Shown: in pieces, positions 33,695 to 44,491 of the stretch
Layout of the letters: every line of letters starts with the position of its first letter
How positions within the stretch are numbered: position 1 is the first letter of the stretch
DNA from: Emiliania huxleyi CCMP1516
Lineage: Eukaryota
DNA length: 64,000 nt
NCBI RefSeq assembly: GCF_000372725.1
Contig: NW_005202303.1
Span: 124,001 to 188,000 of the forward strand
Reading direction: 5' to 3'
Notes under the pieces: model-generated
What the model was told of the DNA's origin: nothing
Seen by the model: only the letters and a program-made list of their open reading frames with translations
The model's database searches: none
Translations under genes and position numbers: made by a program

Positions 33695-35303
33695 CGCACT
33701 TTTCCTCTCAGGCTGTGGCTGCTGCCCTGGCCTCCCTGGCGCGATCAGGAGGACTTCCTCCACTGGATCGAGAGCGGCATGGGCGTCGGGCATCTCGGCG
33801 GCTCCAGTCTGCTCCCCACCGACGCTTCACCTCAGCCAGCAGCGCGAAGCTCTCCTTGTGGAGGGACGCCCGCTGGACGGCCGATTGAAACACAGTCTGC
33901 CACGACGAGCTAAATCTAATCGTTAGGCCGCGAAACGGCCAAAGAACGCACGTTTAGCTTACTGGAAACGCGCCTTGGAGATTTTACTCTCTCCAATACG
34001 AAACAGCCGCCACTGCGACGAGGTGCCGCCGCCGCCGCCCGGCGCAGCAAATGTCGAGCCCAAGCGGGCCAATCTCCAAGATGGAGCGTGAGGAGAGGAA
34101 ACGGACCAAGGTCGCAGAGCGGGCCGCGGCGGCGGCGGTGAGGGCCGCCTAGGCGGCGGCGAAGAAGGAGGCCGCGGCAGCAATAGCGGCGGTGAGAGTG
34201 GTGAGGGAGGCTGCGGTCACAGCGCAGCAAACGTCGCTGATGGGGTGGCTCAACTCGACGGCGGCCCGAGCCCGAGTAGTGACGCAGCTCTCGGCATCCC
34301 CTCGCTCCGAATGAACACACCTGCATGCACGGCCCCTCCCTCACCGCCTCTCGCGCCCACCCGCGAGTGGCTCACGTCAGTAGAGGGCGGCCTGGTTCGA
34401 GAGGGACAAACAACAGGAGAGCAGTCCAGTCTCCCGTCCGACAGTACCCGCCCTCCCAACAGCGCTCCCCTCTCGGCCACTCGCCGCTCCCAGGATCCAA
34501 CCCCGCGCGCGCCGCCACTCATGACCGCCACTCGTTCCCGGTCGCACACCCTCGCCGCATACGACCACCCTCCCCCGCGGCTTTGTGCGCGCTTCACTCT
34601 CGCACCACACGCACCGCACGTCCCACTCTCGCCCCGCGCGCCGGCTCGCAGGGCAGGCCAGCGGACTCGCGGGGCGACTCGCAGGGCGCGCCACCGCAGC
34701 CATCGACGGCCCTCCAGCGGGCGACGGCATCGACGACGACTACGCCTCCGACGGGCGGCAACCCGCACCCGCTTAGCAGGGCTGCTCGCGGGGCACTGGT
34801 GCGCTGCTCGACGCGCCGCGACCGGTGACGGCCTCAGGGCGGGGAGGCGAGCCGGCTTGGCTGTACAGAGCGGGCTCGGCGGGATCCGCAACTAGGGGGC
34901 GAACCCAACCGTGCGGAGAGAAAACCGTGCCCGCATCGAGGCACGAGCCCAGAAGACCACGCCTCGTGCACTCGGCTCGTCGGAGGGTAACCAGGATGGC
35001 TGCGGTGGCGGGGCTGTAAGGACCACTCTCTGCGAGCGCGTCGGCTGTGTCACATCGTGCTGCACCACGCAGGAGATCGCAACGCGCCCACTCGCCCACC
35101 GTTTACTTTCGGTGCACTGCCTCGTTTCACTGTCTTTGATAGCGCGGCCCACACACTACAACCGGGCTTGACTAACCGGGGGCCAACACTCGCCACGCCT
35201 CTCCTCGGAGCACACACGTCTCGCAAAAGAGAGAGACGGGGGCGCGACTGGGGCGCGCCGAGAGAGAGGGGGCGAGAGAGAGAGAGAGAGAGAGCTGGGC
35301 GGT

Positions 35304-36728
35304 CTACGGCCCCTCCCCCTTCTTCTGCTTCTTAGCAGCAGCAGCGTCCAGGCGGCGCCGCGCGTCGAGGCGGCGCCGCGCTTTTTCGACCTCGGCATAG
35401 TTGTTGCCGGGCGGGTCGGGGCGGACGGGCCTCGCCGCCCGCGGGTGCGCCTCGCCGCGGGCCATGTGCCCGCCACGCCGCTGGCTGAAGAGCGGACGGA
35501 AACCCCCCCGTGCCAGGTCCACGGGCCTGGGGACGCCGCTGTGGTATACGAACGCCGCCTGCTGCTCGTCGGAGCGGGCGGTGGCCTCGGCGCGCGCGGC
35601 GAGCTCGGCCTCGACGGAGGCCTGCTCCACGAGCATCTGCTGCCACTCGAGGAGCGTCCAGCCGGTGCGCCGCGGGGCGGTGCTCGCGTCCGCGGCGGCC
35701 GGCAGCGGCACGGCCGTGAGCTGCCCCGACGCGCCCTCGAGCGGCTCGCGGCACATCGGGCAGGTTGCCTCGTCTGCCTGCTCGAGCCAGCCGGCGATGC
35801 ACCCGCGGCAGAACACGTGCAGGCAGGTGGTGGCGACCGGGTGAGAGTCGATCGGCTCGAGGCAGATGGGGCAAGTGAGGGCCAGCTCGTCCGCGGCGGC
35901 GGCGGGGGCGGTGGCCTGGGCCGCGAGCGCGCGCGCGCGGCAGAGGGCGGCCTCCTCCTCGGTGGCGAAGCTGCCGAGGCTGATCTCGAGTCGGTCGCGC
36001 CGATAAGAGGCCCGGAAGGGCAGCCGCGCTCGCGTGCCCGCGGTCCCCACGCCCAGGAAGCGCGTGGTCTCCCCCGGCCACCGCCCCGAGGGCCCCGACG
36101 TGGGCAGCACCAGCCCCTCCGCCGCCGCCGCCTCCAGCGCTGCAGCAGCAGTCATCGGCGGCAGCGCCTCTGCGCACTTGGCCTCCGCCGCCGCCCGGCC
36201 CTCGGGCGAGCGGGCGTAGCAGAGAGCGGCAGCCTCAGCCGACGAGAAGTAGCCGAGGTTCACGCTCTTGCGGCTGCGCTGCACCCGTACCATGAAAGGC
36301 AGTCTGAAGGCCGGAGGCGTTTTGAAGACGCCCACAAAGCCCGAGCCGTTCGTATGCAGCTCCAGCCCCTCCTTGGCGGCCGTCGCTCGGGCCTCGTCGC
36401 TCGTCATGTTCTCCTCCTCCTGCAGCGCCTCCGCCTCGGCGAGCTCGGTCGCATGTTTCTGCCCCTCGGGCGAGGTCGCGTAGCAGTACGCAGCCTCCCG
36501 CGCCGTCGCAAATCGGCCGAGGACAATGTTGACGCTAGCGCGCGAGACCGTGACAACGTAACGCCGCGTAGGGTCCTTGTTGGGCACTTCGTAGACGCAC
36601 TTGTAGCCGGTCTTGGTGTCGGCCTTTACGAGTTTGACGGAGGGCTGCGGCTTCAGCATGGTGTCACGCTGTGCGGAGCAAACCATTTCTTTGTTTGCAA
36701 CAAAATTGCCGCGTAAATCTGCGATCAT
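35304..36728 (-). CDS. Protein with three AP2-like DNA-binding domains and a C3HC4 RING finger
   Basis: Three LGxFxxxxEAA-type AP2 repeats (LGRFATAREAAYCY, LGYFSSAEAAALCY, LGSFATEEEAALCR) and CPICLEPIDSHPVATTCLHVFCRGCI...CPMCR. Confidence 0.85.
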   Translation of the reverse strand: MIADLRGNFVANKEMVCSAQRDTMLKPQPSVKLVKADTKTGYKCVYEVPNKDPTRRYVVTVSRASVNIVLGRFATAREAAYCYATSPEGQKHATELAEAEALQEEENMTSDEARATAAKEGLELHTNGSGFVGVFKTPPAFRLPFMVRVQRSRKSVNLGYFSSAEAAALCYARSPEGRAAAEAKCAEALPPMTAAAALEAAAAEGLVLPTSGPSGRWPGETTRFLGVGTAGTRARLPFRASYRRDRLEISLGSFATEEEAALCRARALAAQATAPAAAADELALTCPICLEPIDSHPVATTCLHVFCRGCIAGWLEQADEATCPMCREPLEGASGQLTAVPLPAAADASTAPRRTGWTLLEWQQMLVEQASVEAELAARAEATARSDEQQAAFVYHSGVPRPVDLARGGFRPLFSQRRGGHMARGEAHPRAARPVRPDPPGNNYAEVEKARRRLDARRRLDAAAAKKQKKGEGP

Positions 36729-38094
36729 TTCTTTTGGGGGGGGGGGGGGGGGCGCAAAAGCTCACAGGCCGCCAACGGGTCGGATTTAAGTGTGGTGTTG
36801 GATATGCCTGTCTATTTATTTATCGCCAGAGGCCGTGCTTGGAGAATGCCTCGTAATGCTGCTGCGCCTGTGGATTGAGCCGCGGCGCAAGCTCCATTGG
36901 TGAGCTGCGGTGGCGCGCCGGCCGCTTCATGAATAGTCCGGAGAGGCGGCTCGACGCGTTTTTTTGATATTTCATCGTCGTAGCTACTTTGCCCCTGTCT
37001 GCTATAGGCTATAGCCGCAGCCACACTCCCAGCTGCTCGGTGTGAACAGAGTTCGTACACCGAGCAGAGGGTAGAGGGAGCAGCTCGAGATCCCTTGAGA
37101 GTTCACGCGGAGTCGGCTGGGGCTATACCAGACAGACTTTGCCCGAGTGATCTGTGATCTGTAAGGGTCCGCCCGCAGGCGCATTTTGGGGTGCCCGGTG
37201 CCGAACCTGTCGGACCTTAGGACAGCGTTGTAGATCCCTGGGCGAGGGTATCCATTCATCCTTTGGCCGTTGGGTAGCGAGGATTGGTGTGACGCGATCC
37301 ACGCAGGCGTGTTTTCTGACGGCCGACCGCCAGTGCACGGAGTTGCCCCTTCTCCGACTGCCCCGGCTAGTTCACGAGTTTCGCGGGAGTGACCCCATGC
37401 GTCAAACCCGAGACCTAGCGCGGGTGGGTTGGAGGGGGGCTCGCTGCAAGGAAGGGCTGTGCGTCAAAACACAAAGCCGCGCATCATTTCTTTTGTGGGA
37501 GGATACTCGCATCACAACGAGCCAGTCGTTAGAGGTTTAATTATTCCAATTGGAGAGCGTGGCACTGCTGAGAAAAAATTACTCGTCCGCAAGTCCCGCC
37601 TGTCTCTTTCCGAGTCCTCCCAGGCCTACTCCTCTGCTCCTCGTGCTCGTCGGCAAAGCTGACACGTGCTGCTAGAGATCGACGAAATCCCGTTCCCCTG
37701 CTGGAATGAAAACCACCGTCTTCTTTGTTTTTTTTGAGCTAAACTTCGATGTTAGTAGAAACAAGCGAAGGCACACACAACATGACGCCAAACGCACGAT
37801 CGCACGCACCGCACCGCACCCAGCACCCGCGCCCGCCCCGCCTAGGCGGGAAAGAGATGAGGAGATGGGACAGCGAAGGAGGAGCGAAACAAACACGTAT
37901 GGGAGGGTTCAGTTGTGCGACCGTCACGCTGCCCGGCGTTTCTCACTTTCCGGGACAGCCCCGCCCTTGTGAGGCAGGAAAGTGACGGCTACCTCGCACG
38001 CCCTGTTGCTTCTACCCCGACGGACTCGGGCCCGGTGCTTCGACGCAGCACAGTGTGCTTCGTGGTAGCATGAACTCAGAACGGCCCCCCGAGA

Positions 38095-38220
38095 GCGCCT
38101 CTTCGACGCCCACGGGTCCCGGGGGGTCGGAGGGGTTGCGAGAGGGCCCCGGCTATTTTTTGTTTGAATCCCGGAGGCCGTTAGAACATGAATTGACGTT
38201 CCACGTGCCCGTCCACAGCC
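38095..38220 (+). repeat. Dispersed repeat; empty-site paralogue of 30657-31062
   Basis: Reverse complement aligns to 30657-30750 plus 31031-31062 with a single AACCCCTCCGA. Confidence 0.8.
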
Positions 38221-38337
38221 ACGGACAACATGCTAGCCCAGCAGGCCGCTCCCACCGCCGCCCGCGGCGGAGGCAAGGCGGCAAAGGGTGGCAAGGGCGG
38301 CGGCAAGGGCGGTGGCAAGGGTGGTGGCCGTGGCGCA

Positions 38338-38800
38338 CCAGACCCGCTTTGCGCCGCCGCCCTCAACGCCCGATACTCGGTTAGAGCCGGCGGAGCGACG
38401 GCGGCAAAGGTGCGGCCGCCGGCGACCTCACACGGTGTCGAGCGCCGTAGAGACGGCCCCGAGAGCCGCCACCAGGTGTGCCACGACCGCGGCCGCGAGG
38501 CTCGTGGCGATGGATGCGCCAGACCCGCTTTGCGCCGCCGCCCTCAACGCCCGATACTCGGTCAGAGCCGGCGGAGCGACGGCGGCGGAGACACGGAGTT
38601 GCGGCCGCCGGCGACCTCACACGGCGTCGAGCGCCGTAGAGACGGCCTCGAGAGCCGCCACCAGGTGTGCCACGACCGCGGCCGCGAGGCTCGTGGCGAT
38701 GGATGCGCCAGACCCGCTTTGCGCCGCCGCCCTCAACGCCCGATACTCGATCAGAGCCGGCGGAGCGACGGCGGCAGAGTTGCGGCCGCCGGCGACCTTC
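38338..38800 (+). repeat. ~185 bp tandem repeat, 2.5 copies
   Basis: CCAGACCCGCTTTGCGCCGCCGCCCTCAACGCCCGATACTCG at ~38338, ~38519 and ~38708. Confidence 0.9.
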
Positions 38801-39266
38801 CCCTCGACCACGCCGCCGACCCGTCGACAAGCACGCGTGGACTGCCATCGAGAAGAAGGAGAAGGAGGGCGGCGCATCCGGAGCCCGCGGGCGCGGCGTG
38901 GGCGGGCGCGGGCGCGGGCGGGCGCGCGGGAACCCCGCCAGCGGAGGCGACAATGCCTCTGGCGGCTCTGCAGGCGGCACGCGGCGCGCCCCTCGCCGGT
39001 CTCCCGCACGCTCCTGAGGGCCGAGAGGGCCGAGAGGCGGGGTCGGTGACCCGGGGGCATGGGCGGTGCGGCCCGCGCCGCGCGCGGGCGCGTGGCAGCC
39101 CGTGAGTGCCGAGATCGGGTCTGTGCTTCGACGTAGCATGGGCCCCCGGAGGCCCATCTACAGCAGCGGCGAAGTGAGCGTGTTTGTGGTGTTGGTGTGA
39201 CGTCTGAGCTTGGATCTGTGACTAAAGCCGGTTACCACTGATGGATCCCCACCCGAATAACACACA

Positions 39267-41664
39267 GTGAGCGCCCCAGCGCTTCACTACGCCCTCCGCG
39301 CGAAATCGCTAGTGGTGCTTTGTGGCAGCACATTGTGCTTTGTGGCAGCACGGGTGCGGTGCCCGAGACCGCCGACGCCGACCGCCCATTCCCCCTCCTC
39401 GTTCCCCCCTCGGCGAGCCGATGATCGTCGAGCCCTCTGTCCTGCGCGCCCCCGAACCCCCCCCCCCCTCCCCCCCCCCCCCCACACACACACCGCCGCC
39501 GCCGCGCGAGCGCCGCGCGGCGGCACCAGCTCAAAAGAAAAGACTCGGGTGGATAATGCTGACGGCGCCGTTGCTGCAGTCGTTGCTGCAGTGTCTGATC
39601 GTGCCACCGCTTCTAACGGGACGCGGGACCCACACAACATGTCCATCCACGTTGTCTTCAGCGCCGAGTGCAACCACGCGATGACGTGGCAGGCCGCCGG
39701 CCTCTTCCACTCGCACCGCGCAGTCGGACAGCCCGGCAACATCACACGGCTGCTCGCTTGCTCCGAGGAGCAGAGGGCCGACTACCGCGGCATGGAGCTG
39801 GGCCCGACATTTGTGCATCACAACATGCGACACGGCCACCCGCTCATCGACGAGGTCGGCTACCCTTCGTACAACAAGCCGGCGAGCGTCATGTTTTGGC
39901 TCGAGGCGGTCGAGCCAGAGGAGGAGTTCATCGCGCTGCTCGACACCGACATGCTGCTCCGCGCGCCGCTCGACCCAACCGCCCTAGGCGCGACGCGCGG
40001 CCGCGTCGTCTCGGCCGAGTACGCTTATCTTGTCGGCACGGAGAAGCCCTTCGCGTCGCGATTCCTCGAGGCGGAGGCGGTCCCGCTGGCCGCCCGCTGC
40101 GGCGGCTTCCACATCTTCCACCGCGAGGACCTCCGGAGGATAGCGCCGCTGTGGATCGAGTATACCCGCCGCGTCCGCGCCTTCGCAAAGGCGGAGCCCG
40201 ATGCGTACATGGACGAGTCCTTCCAAGACTGGGCAGCCAAGAAGGGGACGGTGTCCGCGGCGGACGCATCTGTCAAGCGGAGCCAGGCGCTCTGGCAGGC
40301 GGAGATGTACGGGTACGCCTTTGCCGCCGCCTCGGTCGGCGTCTCTACGATCGTGCGCGGTGACACCATGCTGTACCCTGGCTACGTGCCGTCGCCCCTC
40401 GCGCTGCCCTCCATCCTCCACTACGGCACGGACTTTTACCTGGAGAGGCAGCTGCCCGGGACGTTGCCGCGGGGCATCTTTGGCGAGCACGCGCCCGCCG
40501 CCGGCGCGTCGCGCGAGCAGTCTCACATCTACTTCAACAAGATGGCGCGTCGCGACTCCGATGTGCTCTGAGAGACGCCCGGACACTCTCGCTCACGCGT
40601 CCTCGGCACTCGCCTCCTCTCAGGCGCTGACCTCGCTCGACCTCTTTGCGTGCGCCGCCTCGAGCGGAAGGCTCGAGCGGAGAGCCGGCTCCGAGAGTGG
40701 CGGCTCGCGCGGCTTCTTCTTCTTCCCTCTCCCTCCGCCGGAAGAGCAGCTGCACGGCCGCTCGCTGCGCGACCTGCTCGCGCTGCAGCACCTCCGGCTG
40801 CTCAACGAGGCCTTCTGCGGCGTCTACAACGCACACTGCCCCAGAGGGGAGGCAGGCGTGGCGTGCCCCGACGTCGCGGCGCCCGTGGCGCGGCACTGGA
40901 GCCGCAAGCCCGTCGGGCGGCTCGACCCGCGATCGCCGCTGGTGAGCTACTGGGACGAGGCTTCGTGCGGTCCGCGCGGCGACGACGCCGTGAGCCGTGC
41001 TACGGCCGAGTGTGGCGGTGAGGGCTACTCCGTGGTGGCGCGCGTACCGTACGACGAGTCGTCCCGCGGCTTCGCGGCGACAGACGAGTCGGGCTGCAAC
41101 TACTATGCGTATCTCGTCCACGAGTGCGACGCTGAGGCGGGGGGCGCGGCGGAGGGGGCGGGGAAGAGTGCCCTACAGGCGGCCGCGATCGCCGCTGCCG
41201 GTCCGGGCTCGGCGCTCGACGCCGTGATCGAGAGGGGCTGCAGCGGCGCGGACCGCGCCGAGTGCTCCGCGCCTGCCAAGGCTGGTCACTGCCTCAAGAA
41301 CTTCGAGTACATGACCTTCTCGTGCCCGCGCGCTTGCGGCCTCTGCAGATTCGACGCACGCGAGCTCGACCTGCTTCTGGGACCGCGCAAGTTCCACGGC
41401 GAGCTTGCGGCGGACGTCCGGCGAGAGTACTTGCGAGTCCGGACGCGTCTGGCGAGCTATCTCGTCGCCGCGGAGCAGCAGGCTCGGTCAGCGGCGGAGG
41501 ACCCCGGCACCCCAGGCACTTGTGCGGTTCCACAGCCTGACGGCAGCGAGAGGGCAGACGGCGAGCATGACGGCGAGGACGAGGTGGACGAGAACGAGGA
41601 AGGCGAGGGAGGCGAGGGAGGCGAGGAAGAGGAAGGCGATGAGCACGAAGAGGAGGTGGACTAG
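39267..41664 (+). CDS. Peptidyl-serine alpha-galactosyltransferase (SGT1/GT96)-like protein with ShK-like domain and acidic tail
   Basis: IHVVFSAEC...WQ...HSH..VGQPGNITRLLAC, YNKPASV and a DxD motif (LLDTDM). Probable GC-AG intron ~40545-40623. C..AKAGHCLKNFEYMTFSCPRACGLC is ShK-like. 5' end uncertain. Confidence 0.8.
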
Positions 41665-41786
41665 AACATAGCAGACAAGAGAGAGTATAGAGGGCTACCC
41701 AGCCGACGCAGAGTATAAAGTTAAACTAAAGTTTTTAGTTTAAAAAGAAGCCGCCACGCACAACTTTCGCTAAGTAACGAATACGT

Positions 41787-41860
41787 GCGCACACTGTACC
41801 TCTGTGTTCGTGCGTTGCCCATCTCTACGGGAGATGACTGCTCTATTTATTTATTTATTT
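41787..41860 (+). mobile_element. 74 bp retroposed insert with (TATT)n tail and 11-12 bp TSD
   Basis: AACGAATACGT at 41776-41786 and 41861-41871; hairpin CATCTCTACGGGAGATG before the tail. Confidence 0.75.
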
Positions 41861-44491
41861 AACGAATACGTCGACGAAGTAAACGCCAAGGTTATACCAG
41901 GATCTTCCGTCAGGGGGGGAATCGGAAGGGATGTGCGCAGAAATGATAAGCTGTGGCGTTCTCCCAGTCTGGTCGTGGTCGAGACCGAGGTGCCGAACTG
42001 AGAGGCACTACTGGAGGCTTCCTCCGGCCACCGCTCGACTACCCACGCACATGGCCGGTCCTGTGGCTTGCCTGGACTCGCTCAGAAGCCTCAATTCGCG
42101 CACACCTTTGCTCTCTGGCTCCCGCGAGTGCGTTCAGGCCACACAAGCAGGCGACGCCGAGCACCCGCAACGCATCTCGCTGGGGCGCCACCTATCGACC
42201 CGACTGATTGGCAGCATCAAAGCCGACCCCATGACGGTCCTTCAGCCCCACGAGGTAGGCAGTTGCGCCCTGATCTCGGTCCAAGACGGCCAACGCCGTG
42301 TCCGGCACCTGCTGGCTGCTTCACGGGGATGCCCCCCCCGGACACATGCTGCAGCCCCGAGTGGATGTATTGGTCGTTTGTGGGTCCCCCAAGACTACTC
42401 TAGTAGGGGCCGGGCGCTTGAGCGTCGGCGGTACACCTGTGCAGATGTTGCACGGGTGAAATGGCTCCTCGTACAGGGTAGGAGGCAGGTGGTGGGCTTG
42501 AGTGTCGTGAGTGCTTGCAGCCGCGAGTGCAGCACCGTTTGCGACTCCCATGCATGCAGTTGGGTGGGGCACGGTGCTGGGGGGCGGTCCGGTGCGCCAC
42601 AACAGCCTCCCTGGCTGACCCCCATCCAGTTCGGCACCTCCATCCCGACCGTGGAACCCCAACTTCAACCGGTCATATCTCGGGCGGACTGGCACCTCAG
42701 GAACTCATCCTGGGCGGTTTGGGGGAGTCTGGGGGGTGTACTTGAAGGTGATAAAAAGAGTTTTGCACGAGATCTTAACCGGGGGGCAGCCGGAGCACCG
42801 TGAAACAGCGCGCCACAGCTTATACTCGAGTAGTGACGGTACTTGGAGCCGTTCACGGCCTCCTTTGACACGCTAAGGTCTCCGCTCGACTGGCCGATGA
42901 AGAGCCCGACCCGTACAACGCGCACTTGTCGTCCTCCCTCCTCGCCACATGACGGCCGCCCCCCGACACCGACAGTCGCGCTCCGCACGCCTTCGAGGTC
43001 AGCTGCGGCCGAGCGACGATCGGCTCGCTCCGATCGCTGGGCGCGGTCACTCTCCGGCCCATCACCCGCCTGCCGATCACCTGTCTGCCTCGCCGCGCGC
43101 GGGCCGCTCGCCTGCTCGCCACCGCCGCCGCGTTTCCCCGCGCCGCCACGCTTCCCTGCACCTGACCGCGCTCGAGCTGCGCAGACGGCGCGCTCTGCCG
43201 CAGATAGAGCAGCGGCCGCCCAGGCGGTCGCTGCTCCGCCCCGTCCGACTCCGTCCGTCCGCGCGTGCCGCTGCCGCCGCCGCCGCGCCGCTCCACCCGA
43301 TCCCCGTGTGTCGTCACATAAGACTAGTTGCAAATACGGGTGGTGTGAACATGACTATTTTGATGATTTTTTGTCCGTGTTGCTCCCAGCGCCCTCGCCC
43401 GCGCTCCCTGAGGCCATGGCTGGTGCTACTAGTACGGGGGGCTACCTGGCTACCGCGAGAGCGACCCAACTCGTCGACATCGTCCGATGATGGTGCCTCA
43501 AAGTCAGCCTCCGGAGGCTATCGTCGCGTCGAGCCGGCGGTGGCCGTGACATGTGGTTCCACCACCCCTCGCAGGCTTTGCCTCTGACCGCCACCGTTCC
43601 CAGGCTGCCTAATGGGATGGAAAGGAAGGCTGGGCGATCGTATAGAAGCGTGCTCGACCTTGTCGTGGCAGCCTGCACGGCAGCGCTGGCGCGGGCGCGA
43701 TGAGCGTCGTGCCACCTGACCCGAGACGGGTCGCAGGCGTCGTACCGAGCGCGTCGAGACCGTGTCCTGATGCGCTCTGCACGGGTGAGTCACGTCGGCG
43801 TCAAAGGAGCGACGTGTGACCTGTCAGAGCTTGATCTCCGATCTCAGCGACGTCGAGTCGCCTTCGGTGTGGCGACAGCTAGGATGCATCTCCTCCGTCG
43901 TTTTTCGCGCGATGGCCCTGAGAAGCTGGCGGTGCACGCGGCCGAGCCTGCCGTGAGAGCCGGCGTTTTTGGACAAGTGTTTGGTGGTTTTGCAACACAG
44001 ACTTTTGCAACAAGTCACACAAAGCGCTCATGTGTGACTTGCCAGATGTCACCCGTGTGTGCCGTGAGCCTCTATCTATAGATAGTAAATCCGTCTGCGC
44101 AGCGCTCTCGCCTCTCGGAGAGGCGCTGTGTACTCGGGTTTGGATGGAGCGGGCGGGGGGGGGGCCGCCGGAGGCTGGTCGTTTTGTTACAGGTTCTGAT
44201 TTATTTACGGCCTCGCACTACGCACTGGACTGCCCCGTGTCGCGTGTGTAAGTTGCTGACTCGGCCTGAGCTCTGGGCTGATCGGCAACCCGAAGCCGAA
44301 CCCCCCATCGCCCCCCCCCCCAGCACAGCTCAGCGGCCGGACCAACTGACTAAGCTGGTGCCTGGACGCCTGCCCCACCCCCCACCGCCGCGCCCGCAGC
44401 AGCGCAGCGCGCCGGACACAGCGCGCGCCGCCCCCGGGGGGAGTCACTTTACCCGCTGCGCGTTCTTCCGCTGCGCGAACGGCAGCGTCCC

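Noticed and set aside
38230..39105. 291 aa repeat-containing ORF
   Set aside because: Derived from a ~185 bp tandem repeat whose units shift frame; no protein family signal.
41931..43587. ORFs of 200-290 aa
   Set aside because: No recognisable domain or consistent coding frame; cannot be supported as genes.
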